From: Laetmonice hystrix
Lineage: Eukaryota
NCBI GenBank assembly: GCA_965235115.1
Contig: OZ249451.1
Span: 4,526,001-4,590,000, forward strand
Reading direction: 5' to 3'
DNA length: 64,000 bases
Under the pieces are notes generated by a model. That model was not told the DNA's origin. It did not search any database and saw only the letters and a program-made list of their open reading frames with translations. Shown here piece by piece: positions 39,963-52,400 of the stretch; positions within the stretch are counted from its first letter, which is position 1, and every line of letters starts with the position of its first letter. The translations under genes and the position numbers were made by a program.

Positions 39963-40489
39963 CGGTCTGTGGAACGGGCACATATATCAACATGACAGTT
40001 TTAGACTCTCAAACATTGAGGGTTGACCCACTGGAGGGGGTTGGCAGGAGGATTTGAAAGTAGGCAATTGTCATCTCATCAGTATACTGTTGAAAGATCA
40101 ATGTACTATTATATTCGCAGGGTGGTCAGCCACATTTGGTAAACATTTCTTTCAGAAAAAAGGTCAAAACTGTTAAACAAAAGGAGGATTACTATTGTTC
40201 GTAAAGATGTGTAGCTGTACATTTAGCCGCAAAAAAGTTCTTCATATTTAAGTAGCGACAACCTGAATGGTTAAACCTACATGGTCCTCAGGCCTACATT
40301 GAATGAACTGGTCTCTTCCGCGCCCCCTGGCGTCTTTAAACGGAATGAAGCCGGAGGATCTTGTCTTGAATGGTTTAATCCATCCGCACCTTCGTGAACG
40401 TAGAACCTCGCTTTGGATTGATGCCAGAAGAAGGCCGCGCTGGTTAAGTGGTCCAAGGATCCTGCTAGTTACCATTAGAGCCTCTCACC

Positions 40490-40680
40490 TATGTGCCCGA
40501 TTTTTAGTCCGTCATTTTAACAATCTTAAGACTGGAATTCTAAGACTGACTTGTGTTATGGTCTCTCATTGGCTGAAGTCATTTGAAGGACCAATCAGAA
40601 GCTCTGAAACAAGAGTTCAGTCTTAAGATTTGAATCTTAAGACTCAGTTTGCAAACTAAAAACCAGGGCCTGGGGTCGTA
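40490..40680 (+). repeat. Dispersed repeat copy 2 (inverse partner at 26748-26935)
   Basis: See copy 1. Confidence 0.75.
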
Positions 40681-40688
40681 TCACTAGA

Positions 40689-40775
40689 AGGTTTGTCAGT
40701 TACTTGCTGTAGGTCGGTGGGTTACGCCGGGTACTGCGGTCGCTTCCACCAATAAACCCGGCCAACTTGATATAA
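40689..40775 (+). mobile_element. Diverged Meta-type SINE core fragment
   Basis: aggtttgtcagt...ggtcggtgggttacgccgggtactgcggtcgcttccaccaataaac resembles the core of the 19420-19687 SINE. Confidence 0.45.
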
Positions 40776-40890
40776 CCCTGGCTGCATGCACGGAGGCGTA
40801 AAACGTGAACTTCGTGAGCATGGAAATGAAAAGTCCCTGATAACCTGTAGGTCAGTACGACGAACGGATAGTTCAACAGGTGACGGAGCA

Positions 40891-41012
40891 AAAATACCAA
40901 GCTCTCCAGCGGCCATTTCCACTCAGCCGGGCGGCCAGTCAACCAATTACAAAAATACCAAGCTCTCCAGCGGCCATCTCCACTCAGCCGGGCGGCCAGT
41001 CAACCAATTACA
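40891..41012. repeat. Tandem duplication, 2 x 61 bp
   Basis: aaaataccaagctctccagcggcc at 40891 and 40952. Confidence 0.9.
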
Positions 41013-42389
41013 AAAATGCGCGAGTGTGGTTGGCTCCATTACGCTGGACGTAGACATAAATCAGGGATCTAAAATATGTGCACATAAAATACAGTGGAGA
41101 ATGTAGGCCTATTCCTGTTTTTGTCTACTATGGCCAACCATAAAACTTGTACTATGTGAACATTGACACAGACCGATTGCTCAGCCTGTCGGATTTATGG
41201 ACACGGCTCGTTAAGTGACAGACTGTCCGTCGCCGGTCGGATGGTCAGTCGGTATTGATGAGACGTCCCCCTGGTTGCGACCAGAACCATTGCTGTCCCC
41301 AGGAAAAGTTTTACCGGAGGCGCCATGGTTATAGAGAAATATCACTCGGCCATCGCAAGCACAAATACTTAATTATCTTTTTTTTCAAAAGGCATTCTCT
41401 TTTTGCCCTTCTAGTGAAACCCATGGTTCCAAGAGGATTTCTTCCTTTCAGTTAATGACAACAAAATAGAGCATTGCGCTGCGGACACTGGGAGACTATA
41501 TTAGAAGGCATTTAGGACCAGTAAGCACGTAAACTGTAATGAGGCTAAGCATATTATTTGACAGGTCTGCCAGATTCCAAGTCGAAGTGATTAACTCTTT
41601 CTTCGCGTCTATTCATCTCGTGTGTAACCCGACAGGGACGACTGAAGAAAACTCTAGGAGTATGGAATGGTTGCAATGGCTGTAGAACGTCCACGAGGCG
41701 AGCCATTTACTTCCAATGACATGCTCTGAGAGTGGTGTGAGGCGAACCCTGCCATCAACTCCCTCTGTTCACGGTGATTGCACCATGGTGGGCTAACATT
41801 CCCCAGGATGTGGAGTTAGGGTCGGGGTTTCAGTGCAGTAATAGATTTGTGGATGCTACCAGAACATTGTTTCTTTCGAAAATAGCTTTAGGGAATCTGA
41901 AAAAAGGGTGTGAAAGGTAAGACAGCAAAACTGTAAACACATTTTTTGGGGGTTCTATTAAATCCGCTGAAGTCGGCGGCGTTTGAGATAACAGCAGGCT
42001 ACAAAAAGAAAGATTTGGGATAGTATTTATGATTGAGGTAGTATATTTATTCATGGGACAACGATCTATCCAATGCACGGAATGACAGGCCGTATCTGTA
42101 TTACGTATACACAGAAAAAAATGCCAGGGTAGAAAGTTAGTCAGAATCACTGGCTTTCTAAGTTTAACTTAGTCAAACGTCGGTGTCTTTTTGTCCGAAC
42201 TTTCTAAGGGGTTGTTGACTGGGCATTAGTCAGATTCTTAGTCAGTTTGACTAAGTCTTCGACTTTTCCCACCTCCGATTACACCCTCTCAAATACGGTG
42301 CAGGGCGGCTATGATGACAACTGGCTGATACTGAGTGCACCAATAGGCCTACGGGGGTAAATGACGCAAAAGGAGGCTACAACATGATC

Positions 42390-42650
42390 GACAAATGGAA
42401 GAAATTACATATATCTCACAAGGTTTTTTAATGCACATGTACAATAAGTCCACGAGGAATTTTGAAGGCACAGCACAAAGACAAAGTACTAAGTGACCTG
42501 ACGGAAATATGTCAACCAACAGAAATAGAGGAGATAACACACACACACCTCGCAGCACAAACTGACCGCCAAACCCTACTCAAAATCGTACCCACAGTTC
42601 ACGCATCTACCACCAAGGCGAACGTCCCTCTAATCTTAACCTATATAGGC
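42390..42650 (+). pseudogene. Possible degenerate Penelope-like retroelement fragment (region after the RT thumb)
   Basis: ...DRQTLLKIV...NVPLILTY resembles the xRxxLL...PLVxTY motif of Penelope-like elements as I recall it; highly decayed. Confidence 0.3.
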
Positions 42651-43253
42651 TAATCCTATTGCTCACAAAACTGCAAAAAAAAATAAGTTGTCTATTAATG
42701 CCAACTCCAATGTAAACATGAATTCATACATAGTTAAACGCCAACTCCCAATGTCAATTGAACCCATTGGAATTTGGGCGCACGTTGGAGTGCGATCGCG
42801 TGTGTCTCCATGCAAGCACTGCATAAGGCCCCTTTATTCCAGTTTATGAAGGTATGTTTATGCTGGTCCTAGCTTTAGGCCTAAATTAGTAAATGTAGGC
42901 CTAACTGGTGTGGAAGGTTTAATGCTGGATATTCACTAACGTTAGTCTATAGCGGGGTCCAGTGACATCAAGTGGGGGTCCAGTGACTTTATGATGAAAA
43001 ATGCACCACATATCACCAAATTACATCTTAAATTTCAAAACTTTCCTGGGGGGTTGCCCCCGGACCCCCCAGCAGCCTTTCGGAGTTTCGCGCTCACAGA
43101 GCCCCCCTCTGCAGCAGTGCATAAATTTTAAGACCTTATTTTATGATCCAAAATGCACCCGATATCACCAAATTACACCTTAAATAAGAAAATCTTTGCA
43201 GGGGGGCATGCCCCGGACCACCTAGCAGGGCTTCGCGCTTACAACGCTTGGAA

Positions 43254-43593
43254 AAGTGGCGTAGGAAAAGGGGGCGGGGGGCCATGGCCCCCCCAATGAA
43301 AAAGTTGGGGGGGGGGCAGAGTAGGCTATGTTTTGGCGCCCCCAATATTAAGGTTGTGGACCAATTAATATGGTGTATAGGCCTACAGTTGTGTACACGT
43401 ATGTACATATAGGCCTATATGCGCACACTAATACTGACAAACTTGCCCCCCCCCCCCAACTGCGAATAGCTTCCTACGCCTCTGTTGCACACTTCGCGCC
43501 TGCGGCGCTCGTCGCGCCTTCAGCGCTCGGTTCAGTATCAGATGAGCCCCCCCCACACACACACACACATTTTGTCATCTTCTTACGCCACTG
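43254..43593. mobile_element. Cluster of non-autonomous hAT-like MITE fragments
   Basis: TIR-like agtggcgtaggaa (43255), ttcctacgcctctg (43471-43484) and cttacgccactg (about 43582-43593); GC-run-rich interior. No TSD found. Confidence 0.5.
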
Positions 43594-44639
43594 ATGTGTA
43601 TATGATCTGCAAAACTTTAGGGGGATTTGAACGCCCTGAACCCCCCCCCCCCCCCCGGGGTTAGGGCTAGCAACATTATTCGTTACTGGGTTATCTCCCG
43701 GTAGGTCTCCCAAACAGGCCTAGTCTATAGCCACCATGCATGCTTGGACGATAATCGGGGATCGAAAGATTGTACGATGAAACTTCGAAACAAAATACAT
43801 CAGTGGGACCTCTTAATGTACAGTCTTTTAAACTTTCAGTGAATTGCGATATTCTAAGTATGTTTACGAAGAGCTTATTATAGATATAGTTACCTTGACG
43901 TGCGGGTTTAGATCTATTGACTGGAAAATGTAGTCGGCCCTTCGCTATTGGCTGCACTGTCTAAAAATGCGCGAAATTCGACCGAGGCTTAGCCATATTG
44001 CCTATAGACTATTTACTAAGTATTAGAAACTTAGTCAAATGTGACTAACCCCCCATTTGACTAAGAATCTACCCCTACTTGACTACCTTTCTATCTTGGC
44101 ATTTTTTTCTGTGTAGACTCGATCACCTGTACGAGATCTCTATGTGCAACAAAGAGGCATGCCCTATATAGTTGACATGACGACCCCCGCCCCCACATAC
44201 ACCCCCACCCCCACTCCAACCCCAGCATGCCGGCCTGCATAATTACCCTTTTACCCTAGCACTGCCCACTGACTTCACATGTCGGGCACCTGGCCAGAGC
44301 ACCTGCGAGCTATCCTCACATATTGCTACCGTCCGTTGGTCAATCAGACCCACACGGGTCCGTATTGTCGTCCGGGAAATGTCAAATCCTGGCGACTCCC
44401 GGACCAGATGGGGTAACGCAAACCACCCCCTTCCTACATCCTGCTGATTTACCCGACATGCAACACGAACAGTTTCTCCCAAACCGGTCTTGTATACTTT
44501 ACGGTCTAGATACCAAACGTTGCCTTGGAAAAAGGTGACTGAGTTATAAAAGTACGTCAACACCAAATACAATCTGACCGGCAACACTCGGTGGAAAGAG
44601 GACAATTGGTTCAGAAGGTGTCGGTCCGATTGCCTTACG

Positions 44640-45626
44640 TCCTGGGATAGCGAGGTCATGTCTCATGCCTTCCGTTGTTAGCAAGCTCAGTCTCCATACC
44701 CCGGATAGCGAGGTCATGTCTCATGCCTTCCGTTGTTAGCAAGCTCAGTCTCCATACGTCCTGGGATAGCGAGGTCATGTCTCATGCCTTCCGTTGTTAG
44801 CAAGCTTAGTCTCTATACCTCGGATAGCGAGGTCATGTCTCATGCCTTCCGTTGTTAGCAAGCTCAGTCTGTCCTCGGATAGCGAGGTCATGTCTCATGC
44901 CTTCCGTTGTTAGCAAGCTCAGTCTGTCCTCGGATAGCGAGGTCATGTCTCATGCCTTCCGTTGTTAGCAAGCTCAGTCTCCATACGTCCTCGCATAGCG
45001 AGGTCATGTCTCATGCCTTCCGTTGTTAGCAAGCTCAGTCTGTCCTCGGATAGCGAGGTCATGTCTCATGCCTTCCGTTGTTAGCAAGCTCAGTCTCCAT
45101 ACGACCTGGGATAGCGAGGTCATGTCTCATGCCTTCCGTTGTTAGCAAGCTTAGTCTCCATACGACCTGGGATAGCGAGGTCATGTCTCATGCCTTCCGT
45201 TGTTAGCAAGCTCAGTCTCCATACGACCTGGGATAGCGAGGTCATGTCTCATGCCTTCCGTTGTTAGCAAGCTCAGTCTCCATACGACCTGGGATAGCGA
45301 GGTCATGTCTCATGCCTTCCGTTGTTAGCAAGCTCAGTCTCCATACGACCTGGGATAGCGAGGTCATGTCTCATGCCTTCCGTTGTTAGCAAGCTCAGTC
45401 TCCATACCTCGGATAGCGAGGTCATGTGTCATGCCTTCCGTTGTTAGCAAGCTCAGTCTCCATACCTCGGATAGCGAGGTCATGTGTCATGCCTTCCGTT
45501 GTTAGCAAGCTCCGTCTCCATACCTCGCATAGCGAGGTCATGTCTCATGCCTTCCGTTGTCAGAAAGCTCACTCTCCATACGTCCTCGGATAGCGAGGTC
45601 ATGTGTCATGCCTTCCGTTGTCAGAA
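44640..45626. repeat. 55-61-bp minisatellite, about 17 copies (GGATAGCGAGGTCATGTCTCATGCCTTCCGTTGTTAGCAAGCTCAGTCTCCATACG...)
   Basis: Constant core with three length variants at the unit junction. Confidence 0.96.
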
Positions 45627-46170
45627 AACTCTCCAGGCGATATAAGAAGGGCACCCCGGGTCACTATTGTTCCTCTCCATCGATCTGTATTTATAACATT
45701 TATAGGGGACGATCGCTTTGTGAAGTGTAGTTTTTTTTAAGCAGCCATACATAGAAGAAAGTTTAAGATAAACTGTGCCAGGGCTGTACGTTCATTGACA
45801 ACTTTTTAAAACTTGTTGTAGGAAAACCAAGCAATAAAACTATCGACGTGACGCTTTTAAAACTTACTTTAACTCGAGCATCACTATCTTGAAATCGGGC
45901 CAACTTCATCCATGATAACAAGTTTCCGAAATGTGAATTTGACACGAAAGCGTAAAACTGTAGAATAGGGATTAGAGTGAACATTTAAAAAGGGGGTTCA
46001 AGTCGGATCGGCACAAAACTGAGAGTTGAAAGTGACTTGAATTGATAATATAGTCTTGAAGTACTAAAGGTTTTTCGTAAACGTTGAGTCTGAATTTTTC
46101 ACACATCTTCTGTGTCTGCCAAATTTGTTTTAGGGGAGATAAATGCATGAAAATCATGAAAATCACTGTA

Positions 46171-46302
46171 GGGTGGGTGGGTGGGTATTTGGGGGGGGGG
46201 GGGTTACGCCTTCCAACAGCCAGGGTCATATCACGGCGGTGAAGATGATGATGAAAGTAAGTTTTTCTTGGTGGAGGAAACCGGAGTACCCGGAGGAAAC
46301 AC
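46171..46302 (-). mobile_element. 5'-truncated copy of the same Meta-type SINE with a 10-bp TSD
   Basis: Matches the 3' half of 19420-19687. AATCACTGTA at 46161-46170 and 46303-46312. Confidence 0.85.
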
Positions 46303-47605
46303 AATCACTGTAACATTGCGAGGTAAACGCCCCCTGGTGGCTATGGGAGACCGTTTGGAGGCGTTTGATAGGCAAATTAGGGTGTCAGTGCCAGCTATTA
46401 TTGTCAGCGCTCTGGTTCTCACGCTTGTTGGTTCCACTGCTCCCCACTGCCGTAAAACCAGCAGGGCATTGCTTGCAACATTGCGCAGGTCTCTGTCAAC
46501 AGCCGTCGTCAGTGAGCAGTCAGGAATGGTGGAAGAATCAATGACAATCCTTGGCCTCACTGACACCTGCTCCACAGATCATGTCGTCTCTGATACAATC
46601 TTTAATAGATAAATCAAAACTGTTTTCTGTAAGTTAGTTTGAGTGACATGTTAAAATGTTGTAAGCTAAAGTTTTCAGAAGGTAATGTTACGAGGTCATG
46701 GTAGCCGTTGAGGTCACGGCCAATTGGTGCGGAAAAGTTACTGTCCTACTCTTACCTGGGTGAAAAGGTTCCACCTTTTTAAGGGCTGAGTCTGAATTAC
46801 AAGTGGGTTACATTCTGTGGTAATAGTATATATATATTTTTATTAATCACTGTCAAAGCAATAACATAGGCCTACGTAACGTCGCGTAGCTTTTTGACCC
46901 CATGCCGGAAACACCTTGGATTTTGGGGCTGTCATGCCATGTCGGCAATATTTCATCCATATTCAGGGCGTCTATGAGGGTGGAGTAAGGAAGAAACCCA
47001 CCAGCGGGAGGCAATTCCTTACCCTTTCGGAAGATGCCAAGGGGTCATGTCTATGCCCAGTCGCGCAGACACGGTCGGACATACCGACATACATTTGCTG
47101 ACCCCGTTTCAGTGAACGGTGGAAGGCCATCAGTGAGAGAAATAGTACTGGACCGATTCAAATCCATCTATGCCATGCAGATGATTCGGCAATCCAACGT
47201 TCAGTCACTTCCCAACAACGGCCCTCGACCGATTATAATGCTTGGCGTCTCGTGACCTAGTTATCATAACGTTATGTTGATGAGCACCGCTGGCGACATG
47301 CAGCGTCCGTTACGTCACAATTCCCCTTTGGTTTAACATAGGGCGAGCGTACACCTCTCTAAATGTTGGCCTTTCTTTTGACAAATAATAGTTCTTAAGT
47401 GTGAAGTATAGTTTTGGTGGTGATGTATAGTAACAAAGAGAACAGCAATTGTGGAGTTATCAGAACGTTTTTTCAATGGGCCTATCAATGCTAAGTGACC
47501 GGAACCGGAATTTGTCTGTCGCCATTTTGAGCCTCCAAACCGCATTTCTCGTCGATTCACGCATTGTAACGTGACATACTTACGCTCCGTATTCATCACC
47601 TCTTA

Positions 47606-47772
47606 CCAACGATCAGGGGTAGAGTTGAGGATCATTCCAACCCCTGACCAACAATCAGGGGTAGAGTTAAGGATCATTCCAACCCCTGACCAACGATCAG
47701 GGGTAGAGTTGAGGATCATTCCAACCCCTGACCAACGATCAGGGGTAGAGTTGAGGATCATTCCAACCCCTC
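47606..47772. repeat. 42-bp tandem repeat, 4 copies, each with internal inverted arms
   Basis: Unit cgatcaggggtagagttgaggatcattccaacccctgaccaa; tcagggg and cccctga are complementary. Confidence 0.9.
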
Positions 47773-48505
47773 ATCACCATTGGGAACTCCCTACTTTGTC
47801 CAAGTGTTTGTTATGATTATCAATCTTCACTTCCTCCTAGTTTTCTCTGAAGACTGAACAACCTGGGCACTGGAACGGAACGGTGGCGACACGGAGAGAC
47901 TCTACTCCGGTCAAACTTCCCGGGGATAAAGTGACTCTGACCAGTATAGATCTCTATAAAAGGTGAAAGATTTCCCATGCCCCACCGACACAGGAATCGA
48001 CCAAGATATGCCGTCTGTGAATAAGGTGTATCTTGACATGGGTACATGACCTCTCGAGAACATGTTAAAGAACTTAGGGCGTTAAACAAACGAAAACAGG
48101 TAAAAACACGACAGAAAGCACTACAGTTGTTTTTTTCACTCTTCTTCTTAGAATAAGATCTCCGGAAGATCTCCGGAAGCGTGACTGAAACCACCACATT
48201 CAGGTCTGACTGGGAAACGTTGTAGTAAGATTTATTGCCGTAGCTTTGTAAGACGGCATGGCAGTTCGGATAAAACGATCAAGGCATTGGGCGGAGTCGC
48301 GGGGAACGATGTCATACTATATAGCCGTATACTCTGTTCTACTTGCTACATTCTCCGATACCAAAATATGGAATAAATTGATTATATTTTATTAATTTAC
48401 GGCACGTGTTTTAAATATATTGCGGTTAACTGGAGACCGGCCGCGGGGGTGTGTATTTTATTTCCAGCGGACAAGATATGAATCCTTTTCATCACATTAT
48501 ACAGA

Positions 48506-48660
48506 TATAACAATAGGATTGTGTTTCGCTCAGTTGGCTGCCCCGTGTTGTATACTGCTCTATGTTATTTGGCGTGTCTCTGTACAGCCTGCACGGCAAA
48601 GTCTGATCTAAAACGTCAACATCTCCTGACAATCGGGGGTCACACTTCAGAGAATCCAGC
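48506..48660 (+). promoter_or_regulatory. Candidate core promoter and non-coding first exon of the multi-WAP gene
   Basis: TATAA at 48506, Inr-like TCAGTT at 48530-48535 and donor AGC|gtaagg at 48660/48661. The ATG exon is preceded by acceptors at 49336 and 49372, so an upstream exon is expected. Confidence 0.3.
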
Positions 48661-49393
48661 GTAAGGCTTGCTGCACGAAGCCCTGGATACTTGCCTAGGG
48701 TTTCTTTGTAAACACTCAGACTGTGTCTGATCTTTTTATGCGTCACTTTACATCATTATATCTCCACCTTTAACTGTATCTTGTTCGGAAATAAATGAGA
48801 TTAGGCCTATATTGTGGCAGATTGTCACTATTGAAAGAACGCGGACGGTTGGTATTTTTCCAATCAGGCGCACACTTTCTGTGGTATATTCCTAATCTTA
48901 TTGATCAGGATGTCAATGTTTCTCAGGATCTGTTTTCAAAACTTATATAAACAATCTGGAGAAAGACCTTGAGTGAGACGGGAGATTGGTTTATTCCAGG
49001 AAGAACAATCTCCTTGACAGGCAATACCATGGGTTAGCTCGTTCAAATTATACCAACCCTAGTCTCAAACTACTTTCTGTAGAATATTTCTGTAGCCCCA
49101 AGGGTTGAGAAGGTCCATAATAAGTATCCAGTAAAACTCTGTAGACACGTTAGTGGATAGAAGCTGTTTTACACGGACCTGTTGTTCTACATGTGTATAA
49201 CTTTATTTTATGCAAATGGTCTTGAAACCGGCGTCTCACAAATCGTTCTAAAATATCTCTGATTCCTTTCCCTTCTTGGATTCCAATTTTCCACGGAATA
49301 TTTTGATGTTTTGATGTGCTCATATTGTTTCTACAGACCTTCCGAACTTGACTTGTTGTTTCTTGTCCTCAGTTTGGAGCGGCGGTCGTCAGG

Positions 49394-49460
49394 ATGAAGG
49401 TCGTAGTTCGCGGCGCATGCGCGCTGGTCGCTGTATTATTACTTTATGTCGGATACGGAG
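49394..49460 (+). CDS. Multi-WAP gene exon: signal peptide MKVVVRGACALVAVLLLYVGYG
   Basis: Basic N-terminus, hydrophobic core, donor GAG|gtaggt in phase 1. Confidence 0.85.
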
Positions 49461-52400
49461 GTAGGTTCAGCATCAGGTCCAATAATTCTCGAGTTATTGA
49501 ACAGTGAGCACTGTAGTTCTATAAATGACTTTTAGTTTATCTGAAAGGCAACAACAAACATGTGTCTTATTATAATAATGTATTATAACCACTTAATTGA
49601 GATTATAAGACTATAGCAACCCTTTTAAACCTCATTGTCACGGGGGTTCCTCGTGGAGTTTTTCACTGAAACTGCCAGCGGATTTACAATTTTGCTCTCT
49701 TCTTTCTATTTCAGACGCGCAAATAGGTAAGACCCATACTTTTTCCTTTTGAAATAATTTGTATCCATCATTTATTGAAGCTTACTGTCATAAGACCGCG
49801 TTCTAGTGAGTCGCTGTAAAGCGGCCGTCGGGTCCTAAAACTAGGACCTCCCACCCGTGCTACGATTTCGCTCTATTTCAGATGTAGACCTCGGCCGGCG
49901 GACCACTATAGAAAATCATCACTACAGAAAATCATACAGGCCGGGGTTAAGTTTATAACACATACCAAGATCTTACTGTGGGAATACGTCAGGCCGGGGT
50001 TAAGTTTATAACATATACCGAGATCTTACTGTGGGAATATACGTCAGGCCGGGGTTAAGTTTATAACATATACCAAGATCTTATTGTGGGAATACGTCAG
50101 GCCGGGGTTAAGTTTATAACATATACCAAGATCTTACCGTGGGAATACGTCAGGCCGGGGTTAAGTTTATAACATATACCGAGATCTTACTGTGGGAATA
50201 CGTCAGGCCGGGGTTAAGTTTATAACACATACCAAGATCTTACTGTGGGAATACGTCAGGCCAGGGTTAAGTTTATAACACATACCAAGATCTTATTGTG
50301 GGAATACGTCAGGCCAGGGTTAAGTTTATAACATATACCAAGATCTTACTGTGGGAATACGTCAGGCCGGGGTTAAGTTTATAACATATACCAAGATCTT
50401 ACTGTGGGAATACGTCAGGCCGGGGTTAAGTTTATAACATATACCAAGATCTTACTGTGGGAATACGTCAGGCCAGGGTTAAGTTTATAACATATACCAA
50501 GATCTTACTGTGGGAATACGTCAGGCCGGGGTTAAGTTTATAACATATACCAAGATCTTACTGTGGGAATACGTCAGGCCGGGGTTAAGTTTATAACATA
50601 TACCAAGATCTTACTGTGGGAATACGTCAGGCCGGGGTTAAGTTTATAACACATACCAAGATCTTACTGTGGGAATACGTCAGGCCGGGGTTAAGTTTAT
50701 AACACATACCAAGATCTTACTGTGGGAATACGTCAGGCCGGGGTTAAGTTTATAACATATACCAAGATCTTACTGTGGGAATACGTCAGGCCAGGGTTAA
50801 GTTTATAACATATACCAAGATCTTACTGTGGGAATACGTCAGGCCAGGGTTAAGTTTATAACATATACCAAGATCTTACTGTGGGAATACGTCAGGCCGG
50901 GGTTAAGTTTATAACGTATACCAAGATCTTACTGTGGGAATACGCCAGGCCGGGGTTAAGTTTATACCAAGATCTCACTGTGGGAATACGTCAGGCCGGG
51001 GTTAAGTTTATAACATATACCAAGATCTTACTGTGGGAATACGTTACGACGATCGCGGCACAACTTTCACTCTGATCGTAACATCAATAAAATTCAACTT
51101 TCACATAAACTTAATAAGGTCCGATTATGAGATACTATTCATAAGAAAAGTTTATGATAACTCCATTATAGCTATCAACTATAATTCCCCCAGGTCCGTA
51201 CACAACTCCTGCAGTTCCCGGACGAGACAATTGCTCAATCTCTAACACGGTCCGAACAATCACCAAATGTGGCGACCCTTGCATCCAGGACTCCAGCTGC
51301 CCCAGCAACTTCCGGTGTTGTCGAATACCCGGATGTGGGCTAGTCTGCACTGACACCCAGAGTAAGGCGGTGTGTTTCGGATGGCCTTTAATGCTAATTT
51401 CCACTCCTCCTCAACTAGCAAAACCTGCAACTACACTGATGAGAAAAAACTGAAGAGTGTAGACTTTGGCCTTTAGAAATCTAGACTCGCAATTCCTACT
51501 TAAACTAGCGTCAAGTATGCCTGTAGCCACCCATTTAGGCCTAGCCAAATACTTTTTTAGACATAATTCATGACTGGTAGGCTTAGTTTAAAACAAAGAA
51601 AAGTTTCTCTTGGCCTCTCTCCCTTGCCGCCTTGCAACAAAGAATATCTTTTACATGTCTCAACTGTAGGCCTAGACTTCGCGTTACTTTCCGTCCTACC
51701 TAATACATCATTCAATTTCAGGTTTATCTCTGGCTGCTACACCCACTGATCACTCACAGACTAGAGAGGAACAATGACCGTTACTTTTACCGTTAAATGT
51801 TTCTTACTGTGACGCGTTGAATTGTTACGTTTACCGTATGATTTCATTCCAGGTGCTCAGCTGCTCAAACAAACTGCTCAAGTTGGATTACATGTGAATT
51901 TGAGTTGATTGACGCGACAAAGACACTGTATGATGACAGTAATAATAATCAACATTCAAACTGCATAATGTATTTCATTTCTTGTTGTTTTTTAAGTTAC
52001 AGTCAATGACAAAGTTTGGGGGACGATACAGCCACACAGGACTCGCTTTTTACCAGCTTTATAGCCTCTGTTTTTTCATATTTTCATATGAAGGCATATA
52101 TCATTGAATTATTGTTTGATATTGGAGGACCCCAAAATAATTATTGTGGAAGGTAACCGTATTACGTTCTTGAAGTCTTCTCAGAGACGCAGCAGGTGTT
52201 TTTTGGTCCGATCAGCTATCGGAGACTATAGCTGCAAGGTCAAACGAAACTGAATGGTACTTGGCATACCAGGTACCAGATGGGTAGGTTTCTAGGCCTA
52301 GTAATGGTACTTGGCATACCAGGTACCAGATGGGTAGGTTTCTAGGCCTAGCGGTCAACGTTCTCACAAGTATAGCCATTGGTGTATTGTCTAATATACT

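Noticed and set aside
44243-44659. Ig-like GETVRVACR segment with splice-like borders on the minus strand
   Set aside because: A single short motif with no partner exons; competing frames on the plus strand look equally plausible.
46310-46575. SGNH-esterase-like LINE ORF1 fragment (RIVIDSS...IIAGTDTL)
   Set aside because: The catalytic blocks GDS and GxND are both altered; suggestive only.
30009-51043. CRISPR-like appearance of the regular arrays
   Set aside because: Units are contiguous with no unique spacers, no cas genes are present, and the DNA is eukaryotic.
25037-51460. Hammerhead ribozyme candidates at CTGATGA (about 25037 and 51436)
   Set aside because: Neither has the GAAA core with stems II and III in the right topology.
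51715-51860. Extra acceptors (tttcag at about 51721, ttccag at about 51852) in the WAP1-WAP2 intron
   Set aside because: No matching donor before an in-frame stop, and no domain-like sequence.
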